Below, in pieces: positions 1 to 13,200 of a DNA stretch of 64,000 bases. Position 1 is the first letter of the stretch, and each line of letters begins with the position of its first letter. The stretch lies in assembly GCA_034780895.1 (NCBI GenBank), contig JAUZTB010000094.1, positions 2,023,246 to 2,087,245 of the forward strand. The letters are read 5' to 3'. The stretch is from Rhynchobatus australiae (taxonomy: Eukaryota). The position numbers and the translations under genes were made by a program. Below the pieces are notes generated by a model. That model had not been told where the DNA came from, did not search any database, and worked only from the letters and a program-made list of their open reading frames with translations.

Positions 1-129
1 CAGACAGTGAGAACCTCGACAGAGGGATGTGGGAGTTGTGAAATGCAGAGTAGGAAGACAGCCCAGCAGGTCAGGCTAGGCATGTCCTCCTGAGAGAGAA
101 AAAAAGGGGGAAAGAAAACAACAAACAAG

Positions 130-540
130 CTGAGCCAATATCACAGATGGACAACTGATACCTGTCTGTATCAAGTTACCTGAAGTTGTAGAATCCAGTA
201 TTGAGTCCAGAAAGCTGAAATGTGCCCAGACAGAAGATGAGGTGCTGTTCCTCAAGCTTGCGTTTGGCTTCGTTGTAACAGCATAGGAGGCCAGAGCAGG
301 AGTGGGATGGGGAATTAACATGGCAGACAACGGGAAGCTCAGGGTTTCCCCTGCGGGTGGAACTTGGGTATTTCACAAAGCCATCACCCAATCTGTGTTT
401 GATTTCTCCAGTGTAGGGGAGACCACGGTGACCACCAAATGCAGTACACTGGGTTTGAAGAAGTGTAAGTGAATCACTGCTTCACCTGGAAAGTCTGTCT
501 GTTTAGCTCCCTGGATGGTGGGAAGGAAGAAGTGAAAAGG
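130..540 (-). mobile_element. Penelope-like element fragment (GIY-YIG endonuclease region), degenerate
   Basis: The reverse complement parallels the + strand element that follows (FQVKQ.FT, YTGE.K.RLGD-like segments). Confidence 0.65.
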
Positions 541-544
541 CATG

Positions 545-1535
545 TGTTGTTGTAGGGATTGCTCTCTCCGCAACTCCCTTGTCCACTCATCTCTCCCCAC
601 AGATGACCATCCCGGCGCTTATCCCTGCAACTGCACTAAGTGCTACACCTTCCCCTACACCTCCTCCCTCGCCAGCATTCAGGGTCCCAGACAGTCCATC
701 CAGATGAGGCAGCACTTCACCTGTGAATCCTCAGTGTCATTTATTGGATCCAGTGCACCCGGTGCAGCCTCCTCTACATTGGTGAGACCCAATGCAGACT
801 GGGTGACCGCTTCGTCGAGCACCTTCATTCCATCTGCCACAAAAGCAAGGATCTCCCGGTGGTCACCCACTTCAATTCCATATCCCACTCCCACACTGAC
901 ATGTCTATCCATGGCCTCCTCTACTGCCACGTTGAGGTCAGATGTAGGTTGGAGGAACAACACCTCATATTCCACCTTGGGAGTCTCCAACCTGACGGCC
1001 TCAACATTGATCTCTCTAACGTCCAGTAATCCCCCTCCCCTCTTCTCCCCCTTTTGTCTTCCCTCATTTCTGTGGCCTCCTCCCCCCTTCTCTTTCCCTT
1101 CCCCTGCCCTCATGACCTGCCTATCTATTCCCCACCTCCTCCCCCCTTTATTCCATGGTCCACTGCCCTCTCCTACTGGATTCCTTTTTCTTCAGCCTTT
1201 GCCTCTTCTACCTATCACCTCTCAGCTTGACTTCTTCCCCCTCTCACCTGGACACCTATCACCTGCCTGCCACTTCTTGCTAACAGTTTGTTTGGTATGT
1301 ACCCTTGCCTATTGCAAACACTTTGAAGGGTCATTGACCTGAACCTAACCCGTTATTTTTGCTCCACAGATGCCTCCTGACTTACTGTGAGGCCACAATC
1401 TTACCCCAGTTTTGAGGAAGGGTCCCTGACTCGAAACATTAACTGGTTTCTCTTTCCACTGATGCTGCTTGACTGGCTGAGTTCTTCCAGCATTTCTATT
1501 GTTTCACATTCCAGTATCTGCGGTTTCATTTGTTT
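545..1535 (+). mobile_element. Penelope-like retroelement 3' part with pyrimidine-rich tail and two tandem terminal modules
   Basis: Frameshifted GIY-YIG motifs: PCNCTKCYT...QGPRQSIQMRQHFTCES, then C.RC.LLYIGETQCRLGDRFVEH in a shifted frame. Terminal modules gaagggtc..gacc/tcgaaac...cagatgctgc at about 1325 and 1415. Confidence 0.8.
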
Positions 1536-1939
1536 TCCAAACAAGCTGAACAGACTTACACTCTCAATTTGTCGTTGGGACTGTTCAGGTCGGCGTATTA
1601 ATCCCATTTGTGTTTCAAAGGTGCTGTGAAAGTAACTGAGGCGTGCTGAGTGGCACCTGAGGTGAGACCACCGAAACTGTTGACCACCCTCTTTTGTCTG
1701 CAGCAGTCAGGATCAAAGGGGCTGTCCAGGGCTGGCTGGAAATGTGATTATGGAGGACTGAACTGGGGATTAAAAGTTAGATTTTAAAACGATGAACTTG
1801 GTGTGATTGTGCGAGGATTGACTTTTTAAAACAAGTCTGAATTTTAGATTCGCCGATATTATGGTCATTAATGTTTATTGCTCTGAAACCAGCATTTTAA
1901 AACCCCCTGGGCGTATTTGTAAAATAAAAAATGTGGTTC

Positions 1940-2060
1940 CCGAGGTCACAAAATCACGTCAGACGTGGCAAGTGTAGGATTTGGCGGGATTTCTTGTAGG
2001 ATGCCATTCTGGGGGCGGGGTGTGTATGTGAGGGGAGAGGGGGAAACGTGCGGTGCTAAA
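1940..2060. promoter_or_regulatory. Promoter-like motif cluster
   Basis: TCACGTCAGACGTGG (ACGT cores) at about 1954-1968, E2F-like TTTGGCGGGA at 1980-1989 and GC box GGGGCGGGG at about 2012-2020, in a repeat-free, CpG-retaining stretch. Confidence 0.4.
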
Positions 2061-4059
2061 ATTGCCTGCAAAGCTTGACCATCCTTTCGTTTTCCCTAAT
2101 GCCTACGTGTTGATTTGTTTTGTATACCTCTGCAAGGGAGGCATGTGAGGGAATTACTGAACACAGCCATGTGAGGGAGCTGAAGTAACTGCTACATCTG
2201 TAAAAGGAAAGGTTGCAAACAATAAGAATTTACAGTCAACCGTCTATTATTGAATAACTTTCGATCAGAGATAGAGAGAGGGGGAGGGAGAGAGAGCTCA
2301 GATCACGATTGTAAAGCATTCCTGGGATGCTAGAAGGAGTTTGCGGTGTCAAAAAACAGCAATGGAGTTGCAGAATCTCTGGCTAATCCTGGATAATCCA
2401 CATCCCCCACAGCGCCAGGCTGTGTAACTCCTCCAAACCAGAAGCACCGGTAATGTCATTAGAACTCGTAAACAAAAAAAATACACAAGTCTAGCTAAAC
2501 ATAAACTAATTTTGAAAAATGAAAATTCACAAAATATATGTGGTCCTTGTCAAAAGGGGATATTGGAGACTACTACATATATTTTGTGTATTTTCATTTT
2601 CAACGCTATTTTCCTGGAACATTTGCCTCATTTTTTATGGATTCGCGTGCTTTCAGAGCGACCCTCTCCTCACCCCACAGCTCTCAAAGGTTTTAGTCAG
2701 TTAAGGCTAAATTATTCTGTTGGTAAATACGCCCCCACTGTGAAATTGAGCCAAGAAGTCTGGGGAAGTCATGAATTTTATTTCTGATCTATACCGCTTT
2801 CGATCAGGCGACAGAAACAGTGAGCCGGACAGAGGACACATTATACGAGCTCCCACTATGCATCAATTTGAAGCGACCTCTGCTGGGCAGTATGCAGTCG
2901 GACGCCGGGCGAGCACAAGTTCTGTTGCTGCTGGGATGCCCCATTAATGGAGGATGGCAGATGGCCCATGAAGGGTGGTCACTTGTACCGAGCACAAGAA
3001 GGCTATCAGTTGTGTGTGGAACTAGAACCCAGCAGGAATCAATAGCAGCAAGGGGAGATAGCTGTGAAATGGTGAAAAAAATCCACCACCCACTCTGCCA
3101 AATAGTTTTTTTACACGTGGGAGTCTAACAGAGTGTGGGGGTGGGTGAGCGGGGGAGGATGTAGAGATCTGACAATTAGGTGATCCTTGCTCAATCACAC
3201 CAGATGCCTCCACACTAGCTGTCAATGGAGTGTGGTGAGACTGAATTTGCTTACAGTAAATTCAGCACAGACCACACATCGATACTGACAAGGAGTGGCT
3301 AGTTGAATCACTGGGACAGTTAGGGACCTACTTTCTCTCACTTTCTCTACAATCCTGTAATACAGTCTCGGGTTCAGATATTCTCCCAATCGTTCCTTAT
3401 TGTATTTCTTTATGTCCTCTCTCTGAAAATTGCGCCTTTTAAGGAAAATAAAAGATGAAAGAAGCGGAACTACCTGTTTCTCTATAAAAGTCTGCAAACG
3501 TCCCAGATAGGGAGGGTACGTTTTTCAGACTAGTTATCTTTCTGTAAGCGCCGGTCCCTTTCAAACATCCTAAGAATGAATTAAAATGAAGAGGCCACTT
3601 TTGTGTCACTTTCAACAAAAAACAAAAGTAAATAAAGTACAAATTGATAATTAATGAAAATGGTTAATTTAACCATAGGGCCTAATTTAAAATAAAATTA
3701 TATTTGCATAAAACATTTGACAATATTACAGGTTCCACGTTAGTGAACATAACGGAACTGTAATCAATTAAAATAAAAATATGAATCTGACCATGTTCAC
3801 AAGTTTATTCTAATTCATATTTAATGTAATTTCTAAATATAGTTTATGTACATTTTGATTGTGATTTTCTCTATACATAATTTAAAAAATATTAATATGA
3901 ATATATTAATAGATGGACTATAAAGTTAAAAGGGAAAATGGAGGCATTTAATTGCATAATTATGAAGGTTGTCGCGATGTGGAGCAGCGGAGGATGCTGT
4001 ACTATGGCTGCATGTTAATGAGTAGATGGTAATCTTTCTTTACAAAGTCAAATTTATGC

Positions 4060-4500
4060 AGATGATGCTGTGGGTCAGAGCTGACTGACGTCATTAGTCT
4101 CAGCCACCTGCCTGAAGAGGGGGTGAAACTGACTCGCTGCGAAATCCACCAAACTTTGCCATTTCGGGTTGGTCGTAGAGCTCCGCGCCCGGCTGGGCAT
4201 GAGCTGGATGGCCAGGTGAGTGATATGACCTGGCTTCTTCCTCTGATCAGGCTTTAAAACCCCCCTTGTGTCGGGCCCGCAGCAGTTTGGGGATCAGCGT
4301 GCGTGCGTGTGATTGCTGTGCAGTTTTGTATCTTTTTTTCTTGTGCTTGTATCACTTCCTCCTGCGGCCGGCTCCTGGGCATCCCACTGGGTCTTAGAGT
4401 CCGCTCACTCAAACACATACAAAAAGAATCCGCAGGATCCTAGTAACCGGCATGTTCGCCTGGCGTATCAACTAACATTCATTCTGGACGTTTTGGTACA
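4060..4500 (+). promoter_or_regulatory. CpG-rich putative promoter and non-coding first exon of BAZ2A, donor at 4215/4216
   Basis: Palindromic CRE TGACGTCA at 4086-4093, dense CpG and a consensus donor CAG|GTGAGT. Confidence 0.5.
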
Positions 4501-4819
4501 CGAATAAATACAGACTTAAATATACATAAGGTTTATTTTGCTTATATTTTCATTAACTGGAATACGATTGCTTGAACTTTGCAAAAGGGAGAGATGTCGA
4601 GTTGGCTTGAGATAGTGAACCGTATCATTGATCATCCTTACAGTCATCTGCAGGGAGATTTTAACCAGTATACAGTTGTCAAAGTTGGATCCTAGTAAAT
4701 CACAGTAATGTTATTGTTATACCTAGCCTTTCACATGGGTTGGAATCAAAAAAAGTTTAATTGCTGTGAAATTCCCAACGCATTTTCTGCTCCCTCAGAT
4801 TGTCACATGAGTTTAGAGA

Positions 4820-5100
4820 TCGAAAAATACAGCACAGAAGCAGGCCCTTCAGCCCACTGAGTCTTTGCGGACCATTAACCGCCCATTTTTACATTGATCT
4901 TACACTGATCCATTTCATTTTCCCATCTTCCCGTAAACTTCCCCCAGATTCTCCCACTCACCTACGCTTTTGGGGACAATTTACAGCGGCCAATTAACCT
5001 ACCAATCCACACAACTTTGGGATGCAGGAGGAAACCCACATGGTCACAGGGAGAACATGCAAACTCCACACAGACAGCACCTGAGGTCTTGATTGAACCT
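4820..5100 (-). mobile_element. tRNA-head SINE with CR1-like tail (shark/ray HE1-like)
   Basis: acagcacagaa.caggcccttcagccc tail plus gggagaacatgcaaactccacacagacagcac body. Related copies at about 18300-18590, 24360-24530, 41660-41830 and 52595-52890 (-) and 25830-26150 (+). Confidence 0.8.
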
Positions 5101-8100
5101 TGGTAGTTCATATATCTTTAACTTAATCAGTCTATTTATCATGAATAAATGGGGTTGACATTAGTTGAGAAACAGTGCAGATACTTTGAGGAAACAAGTG
5201 ATTTCTTTTGTTAAAGGAAAGAATAATCCAAGTTACCCAAAAGCAAGATACTACAGTTGCTGGAGATCTGAAATAAAAATAGAAATGGTAGGACTTCCGT
5301 GCTTACAAGACTCTGGGATTTTTAAAGGAAAACCAATTTAGTGAATTGAGAGCGGTGGGGTTATGCATTTCGTACCTTGGCCACTTCAGTATCAAGCGGA
5401 GTGCAAGATGTGAAATGTTGGTGATTAGTAACATTGGAGTAGGTGTGTAAATTGATGCCAGCCTGACTCAGAGCAGTGGGACAAGAAATGGAGAAAATGC
5501 TTGCTGGTGGGTGAGGCAACATCTGTGCAGAGAACAACAAGAGGTAACATTTCAGGTTTTGCATAAGAAACATTGAAGGTGCATCCACCTGAAATCTTGC
5601 CCCTTTTTCTCCCCCACCCACTCTCATAGATGATGCTTCAAGCATTTTCTGTTTTTAATAATATTCCTCCAACATCTGCACCATTTTGCTTCTGTTTTAT
5701 ACCTGCCAATATGGCTGACTCTGAAGTGGTCCAGCATTCGGAATGGACTAAAACTTGGTACTGATTTCTCCTCCTCTGAGTGAAATAGCTAAATAAGTAG
5801 CTGTTGATAATTGAATACATTGGGTGTTGCCTCCAATACACTTGCAATTGGAGGAAACTCTTTGGACAAGGAAATGAGCGCAAGGGTAGGAAATTCTGGG
5901 GCATTTTGTTTAGCCGTGGAATCACAGAGCTCTAGGGGCCCTCATCTTATTCCATCAAAAGGGCAGCTGCTGCAAAATCTTTGCTAGTGCCCCCTTCACC
6001 TTCTTCCATTCCCCTATACCCCTCTCCCCCACCACACTGGTCATTAGCAGCTCATTAGGATGGTTGGTAGTTTTACAGCAAGTTAGGCAAACTCCTGGAG
6101 GGTACATCACATAACCTCCTGCCTCCAGCCAGCACAGCCCTACCTTTGGTCACCCAACACACCCATCCTCAAGAAGTACCACCTCCCTGGGCTAATTGGA
6201 CAAGGAATGGACTCGTCCCGAACTGATTGGATGATTCTTCACTGTCAATCAACAGCCTTTCGTCCAATGACTTTGAATTTTCTAAGCCAAAGGGTCTGAG
6301 GAAGCTGTTTTCAATCCCCCATGATTTTTCTCCCAGTAGTGTTTTGGACAGTTAGCAGCCTGAATTACTGCTCAAGGTCACCTTTTTTTTGGCATGTAAG
6401 CTTGAGATCCTGGGTGGCACTGCTGTCCCCCACATGGCATCCAGGTGGGGTGGTTTGCACCTGGCATGTGTATTAGGGGAGCTGCACCCCAAGGAGGAAG
6501 CAAAATTTAGTGGAGAGTCATTGTGGGCAACATCCTTTAGTGGCCTTCCTGCCCCCGTGGCCAGGAGTGGAACATGGCATGTCGACAGCCAAGAGGAAGG
6601 AGAAAAAATTCCTCAAGCTCAAGTACACCATCAAAAACCTCCTAGAATTCGAACTACCATTTGCAAGATATTTATCACTTGTTTAAAACAACCAAGTTAA
6701 CCCTTAAGGCTCTAGCCAATGTGTTTGTTATGCTGATGTTGTGGACTTTCTACCTATACACCTCAGTGAGNNNNNNNNNNNNNNNNNNNNNNNNNNNNNN
6801 NNNNNNNNNNNNNNNNNNNNNNNNNNNNNNNNNNNNNNNNNNNNNNNNNNNNNNNNNNNNNNNNNNNNNNNNNNNNNNNNNNNNNNNNNNNNNNNNNNNN
6901 NNNNNNNNNNNNNNNNNNNNNNNNNNNNNNNNNNNNNNNNNNNNNNNNNNNNNNNNNNNNNNNNNNNNNNNNNNNNNNNNNNNNNNNNNNNNNAGCTTAT
7001 CCTATGTGGGAATCTTTGGAGAAATAGTCAAAGGGATTCCATATGGAAATGTCAGCAGGCTTGGTTGCTAATATTTCAGTGTCATTCTGACCTGAAAGAG
7101 GGATGGGGGGTGGGGGTTCTTCCCACTGTTATTCCCACTGCTATTCTACAAACATGGAAACAGATCTGAGCAAGAACATACAACAATACTGAGGGCAGGC
7201 AGCTAGGGAACTCCCACTGCACTCAGGCTTTGCACCCACCGTAACTAAAATTCACCTCAAGTGTCTCTTACCCTGTCATCAATAGCTTTTAGTGAACCTT
7301 TAATGTAAGGGCAAAAACAATGGCTTTGACAAGTGTCCTTTGTTTCTTATTGCAGTGAATAACACTAGAAATGGGCTGTCCAAGTGGTATTAGCATGTAA
7401 AGGAATGGTATTGAACTGCTGGACCAGAGAACGATGGTAGGCAGATTGATTCTGGTGTCAATTACACTGCTGTGAGAGTCACAAGGGACTTGTACACCTC
7501 TTCAGTGGCCAGCTTCACAGTAACTAATGGTGGCTGCGCAAGGTGCACACTTGTCCAGTTGGCTGGGGCCATACTTAGTGTAAAGGGTGGCAAAGAGGAG
7601 TCACTGAGGGTAAAATACCTTTCAAAAGAGAAAGAAAGTCACAACTAACACAAAATAAATTAGTTATCACTTCTTTTTCTGGTGCTCAATGAGCTATAGA
7701 TTTGCATAGAACCACAAAGAAAATGGGTTGTGTGCACCTTGCCCCTGTTTTTGTCATGGTGACCATGCCAGGGCAGAGGGGGAGGGGAAAATTTGCACAG
7801 AGGTCAAAAGGTAAATTCTGTTCTTCCTAGGGAAACACCTTTAGAAGTTGCAAAGTTTATGGCTCAGGGCACTTTCTAGTGAGGCTCCCTCAACACCAAG
7901 TCAATAGAAGAGAAAACAGCATGGAGTAGGTGTGGAAAGGGCTGCTCAGAAGGAAGGGAACTGACAACTTTCAGATTTTGATATCTCCTACCGATGCTAC
8001 ATAGGTGCCTGTGGTATGTCTTAGAGCAGAGCATAAACAGGCTAGGATTCTGGCAGGGTGTGTCATAAACACNNNNNNNNNNNNNNNNNNNNNNNNNNNN

Positions 8101-8240
8101 NNNNNNNNNNNNNNNNNNNNNNNNNNNNNNNNNNNNNNNNNNNNNNNNNNNNNNNNNNNNNNNNNNNNNNNNTTAACCCATAAATCTGAGAGTCTCTTGT
8201 ATGTGGAAGTAAACTGTCCTCTTGCTTTTTTCCCCCACAG

Positions 8241-8301
8241 GCAAATACATGCGTAGAAGAGTAACTGACGAAAGCGAGTTGCGCATTCCACTGCAATACG
8301 G
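8241..8301 (+). CDS. BAZ2A: BAZ2A exon, start of TAM/MBD: (x)KYMRRRVTDESELRIPLQYG
   Basis: Acceptor tttttcccccacag and donor GG|gtaatt. Matches the BAZ2 motif RRR...E.R.PL..G. Not in the ORF track in this frame. Confidence 0.9.
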
Positions 8302-10242
8302 GTAATTTTCTTGATGTTTATTAAGGCTGTGAGATACAGAGGCCAGGCCACATTTGCTGAAAGCACTGGGAGCCCTAGGCAGTTCCTATTGAGAGCAACT
8401 CGCACCAGAGTCAGGTCTTCAGTAAAAGCAAGTCCAACCACTGCCCAGATCTCCATCTCTACCAGGTCTTGGTCTTGGACCAACTGAAATCCCCAATTGT
8501 AAATGTCGTGGTCTTTTCCTCAATTTCCTAACTTTTCCAGCTTAGTGTTTTCTGTGTCTTTTGCTGGCTCTATCCCTGTAACCAGTCCAGTGTCTTCCTT
8601 ATGTTAAATCTTGTTATAGTTCTTTGATAGACTTCTTTTAGGAAGTCTTGGCCAGATAATAAACCAAGTCAGTTCCTTAAGCTTGATAACTGGAACATTG
8701 CGGTAACATTATTCTTGGCTCGCTAATACTACTCAGTCTCTGATCAAAAGCAGTGAGCCTTTGTTCCTTGGCTGTGGAACATAGTACATTGGCACTGCAG
8801 TCTTGAATTTGATTGGTCTTGTTTCTACACCTATCTCCACACTCCACTTTAGGCTTGGGCAAGAAATGCTGACCTTGCCAGCAACCCGCACATCCTGTAA
8901 GTGAATAGAAATAAGATGCTTCACCTACCTGATACTGTATAATTTCAGCTTTTCCTAGTCATTTCCTATCACCCAAGCCTTCCCATAATTACATGAGGTA
9001 TCACCTGCAAATCCTTGTCTAGTTCTGAAATCTTCATCAATATTGGATTTGTCCTGGCATCATTTAGAAGGTACCACTTTCTCATGTTCTACTGTAAGAA
9101 CCATCCCGCACTTCAAAATAATTCACTGCGTGAAGCGATTTGAGGCAATCTGATGTGTTGTGGCGCTATATAAATGCAAATGTTCTATCTGATTTTCTCT
9201 GCGCTAAATTTAGAGCATTGATTAACACCATTGCATGAAATTCCTGTCTGCTTTTTTTTTGTGATCTGCTGAAAATCAACATGTTAACAGAGGAATCTGA
9301 CCTCCACTATAGTTGCAGATCCAAAGGAAGTGGGCTCCATCCAAGGGGCCTGTTTCTTGTCCAAAGTAATGCTACTGTGCCCAGTTAATGAGAGTGCTGA
9401 ATATTAGCAGTGACCCCACCTTCCTTTGTCTTTCTCCAATCTTAAAGTAAAACCCCCAGGATCCTGCCTCTCCTCTGACATACCTTGGGGACCTTGCCAT
9501 CAGTGATTCATCATTTCTTTCACCTGCAAAAGACCATCCTTCATGTCTTACCAGCAATGTATGACCCATTGTTGCTGAGCCCTGAGCCCAACCCTGTTCT
9601 CACGAGATCTTTACCCATGTACACTTTCCACTGGGGCTCCCTCAACAGTGCTCAGGAGCAGGACCCCTGGCTGCTGCCTTTCTTTCCTTCTTTAACCCAG
9701 GGGTTCTGAGGGAGTACTACCTCCCTCAGCTAAGACCAGATAATTAAGCGCAAATTTATCTTAGGTACTCATTACTATGGAGCCAATTTGATGCCAAGCA
9801 GCCCAGATTCTTCATACTTCATCAGGATCCCACTATCAGTTGCTATCTTGCACTCAACTTATTGATGCTCTCTGGTGACTCAATTGGATGTGACTTCACA
9901 GTTCAAAGCCTGGTTCCCAGCAGTTCAGTATCTTTGGCTCGTAAGCCTTTATAGGATCCTATGGTCTTCCTGAATGATGATGCCCCCTTCAATGATTTTC
10001 TTATTTCATGGAGCTGCAGCTTCTCCCATCTCCAAGGTCTAACCTATTTCTGTGCATTTCTGTTCCCAATAAAACTGCTATGTAAAGTGGTTTCANNNNN
10101 NNNNNNNNNNNNNNNNNNNNNNNNNNNNNNNNNNNNNNNNNNNNNNNNNNNNNNNNNNNNNNNNNNNNNNNNNNNNNNNNNNNNNNNNNNNNNNNGTGGT
10201 TTCACTGCTTTAATTGTATTTGCTTGCCACACGTGCGTGTGT

Positions 10243-10289
<47 letters not shown>

Positions 10290-13200
10290 TTGCTTTTGTG
10301 GTTGAAGATGTGCTTGCTACCATGGTTCAATGGGGAACTGCTCTCTGCTCAGCCTGCGCCAACTCTGCCAACTTTCCAATTGAGCTCGGCACAGACCAGG
10401 CATCACCTCTGAACCACGTGGCTCGGTATCACATTGTGCATAGTGTTTCTCAGAGGTGGCATTCCCCGGATGATTCTTTACTGCCTGTTGCCTGGAATAA
10501 AGATGTGTTAGCTCAGGGTTTTCTCATTAGCGTGCCCTGTACAGCTTTGGAATGGATTTGATGGCATTGCCCCTGCTGTTCCTCTATGCCAGGTTCAGTA
10601 ATCCCTCCTGGCAGCAGTCCCAATGGAAATGGAAGCCACGTTTTCAGACTGCTCCTCCTCTTCCTCCAGCACCTCTCAGCACGTTCCTGTCAACAACAAA
10701 GATGGCTCCAAAGTCAGTGACTTACCCAGTTGCCACCTCTCTCCCCACCAAGGAATCTCTGCCTGTGAGACCCCAGCGGGGAGCATAAAGAAGAAAACCT
10801 TTCCCTTTCTAATTGCAAGTAGTCTGCACTGAAAACTGCTTCCTGTTCAAACTGCTGGTGCTCTTGAGTTGCTGCTGGTGGTGTCCTTGGCCATGCTTAC
10901 TCTGCTGGTCTGGCCTCTCTGCTGCCTCAAGCTTGCTCACTATTGGCTGCCTGGTTCCCATTGCAAAACCCAGGTGGTCTGACCTTAAGTGTGAACCCCG
11001 GTTCCTCTGATGTTCCACCCTTTCCCAGGCCAAAGCCCGGACATTGCTGACCTTCAGCCCATGTCCAGATCCACATTTCCAGTCACCGGTCAATTCTGTA
11101 CCATCTCACTTCTCTGGCTGATCCCAGCTTTTTCTCCCCTGCCTCCCGCATACTCCAGTGGTCTGGTAACCCCTCTCCAGGCCTTAAGTGTCAGACTGAG
11201 CTCGGGTCTGTTTCGGGACTGTGAAAGGACCTTGAAGCCCCGTGCAGCTTATTCTTATGGTTTGTATTAAACTCTTCACTTTGACCTCTGTTTGACTGTG
11301 GCATTTGCAGTTTTTCCTGACCAGTGCCCGAACTCTCGTCAGGACAGCCCTTTGACTTAAACCTCCCCACACACTTCACTTATTTCCCGTTTGACCTGAA
11401 GGATCGACCTCTATGTCCCCCTGCGCATCCCCCCCCCCCGACCTCCCCCACATTCCCCTAATCTCTGATTGTCACTGATATCATTCCTCTTCTCCTGCAG
11501 ACACATAGTGGTCGGTGCCTTTGAACGCTGCGCTCCCCCCCCCCCCCCCCCCCCCCCCCCCCCNNNNNNNNCATGTGCCTCGCCCTCCTCATGCTTTCCA
11601 GCTGATCATTAAAACCTACTCGCCCCTTCTAAGAACATAAGAAACAGGAGCAGGAACTCTATCAATCTCTATTTTAATTGTATTTAGTGACTGAGCTCCA
11701 CAGCCCAATACATCTCCACTGTGCCCTTTGTCCCAGGCTGGGCACCACATCCATCTCACTACCTTCCAGACCCCACACCACCATTCTCCTCCTCTCCCTC
11801 ACGATCATCACCTTTAATCCTGGGGATTCATGAACAAGCCCTCATCCAAAGTCACCTTGGAGCACAGGAACAACCCAAACTCTGTGCCTCCACCATCTCC
11901 ATCTTCATATTTAACAATTAAACTCTGAGTTTGTGGACTCATTTGACCTGTTCCCCTCCCACCCTGGGTGCCTATTCCACCTTCAGGCCATCCTTTATTG
12001 AATTCACCTTGACCACAAAATTCTCTACCTGCTTCCTCAATCCCCTCTCAACTTTCATCACCACCCTCTTGTCACTGCCCCCAGTACCCTTGAAGCCATC
12101 AGTCTCTCTTCGAAACAGTGTTTGGCCTCTCCCACTTTCTCCAACAACTGCCCTGTCTCCCCACTTGCTTTCTAAAGTCTTAGAGCACACTGATATCTTG
12201 GAAATATATTCCCACCTATCCTTGCCTGAGATCAGCTACCACCCAGGCTCAGGTCAAGCTCACATGACTTGGTCCACCATTTGAATTCCTTTGCTGCCTT
12301 CAGCACCATTCTCCTCTCAGCTCCTAATTCCTCGACATGTAGCTCTCTCGAACTACCTAAATGAGATTAAGACTTGCTCCAATGCTGCCCTTTCATGACT
12401 CACCCTACACCCTCCAGAAGCAGTAGCTCACCCAGATTTCTGTGGCCTGTATCCCCCTGCACAAGGTTTGGGAATCTCTAAGATCTTTGCTCTGATCCAC
12501 TGGCTCTCTGATTTTAGAGTGCCCCATCTGTCATGACCTTGTTCTACCTTTGCAGAGTGATCTACTCTGGCCAAATGCCCCTGTGTGTGCCCTCCCTCTG
12601 CTCCTCCATGATCTGGTTACCACATACTACTGAGTGAACCTGAATTTCGACCCTGAATCCACCTGTCCCGCTACCTCCCTGGTCTCTTTTCCAAAGCCTG
12701 CTTAAAACCCCTAACCCTTCAACTGTGTTTGACTGCCTTTCTGCCTTCCTTCACTTCTCATTGTGTAGCTTTTTCTCAGTAACATAAGGAGCTCTGTGAG
12801 GCCTTTCCGCATTGGGAGAGTGCTGGAGAAATGTAGGGGATAGTGCTGGTAAAATCTCACTTCCAGGAGAACAGAGGTGGCCCTGTGGAAAGGTGGTGAA
12901 ACAGAATCAGCAAATTGTTATGGTACAATTGTTATCGTTCAGCCCATCGACTCAGTGCCAGCCCCTGCCAGAGCAATCCCATCAGTCCCATTTACCAATG
13001 GCCCTGAGACTATCCTCTCTCCAGTCCATGTCTAATCCTCTTCTGACGGCCAAGATTGACTCTGTTTTTCTCCCTTCCTTCAGGCAGTAAGTTCCCGATC
13101 ATCGCCGCTCTCCATGTAATGACTTCTTCCTGCATCCTCCACTTTATCTTTTGCTCTTCACTTAAAATCTATGCACCCCACCGCTAATGAGAACATTTCT

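Noticed and set aside
542-1342. 266-aa ORF
   Set aside because: Read-through of a frameshifted Penelope fragment and its pyrimidine tail; not a host gene.
7356-7436. Candidate upstream BAZ2A coding exon (good acceptor at 7354-7355)
   Set aside because: Contains a stop in the frame needed to join exon 8241 and has no BAZ2 similarity; at most a UTR exon.
10790-12800. Possible RTE-like and L2-like remnants in the long BAZ2A intron
   Set aside because: Too degenerate to assign family or boundaries by eye; not listed as features.
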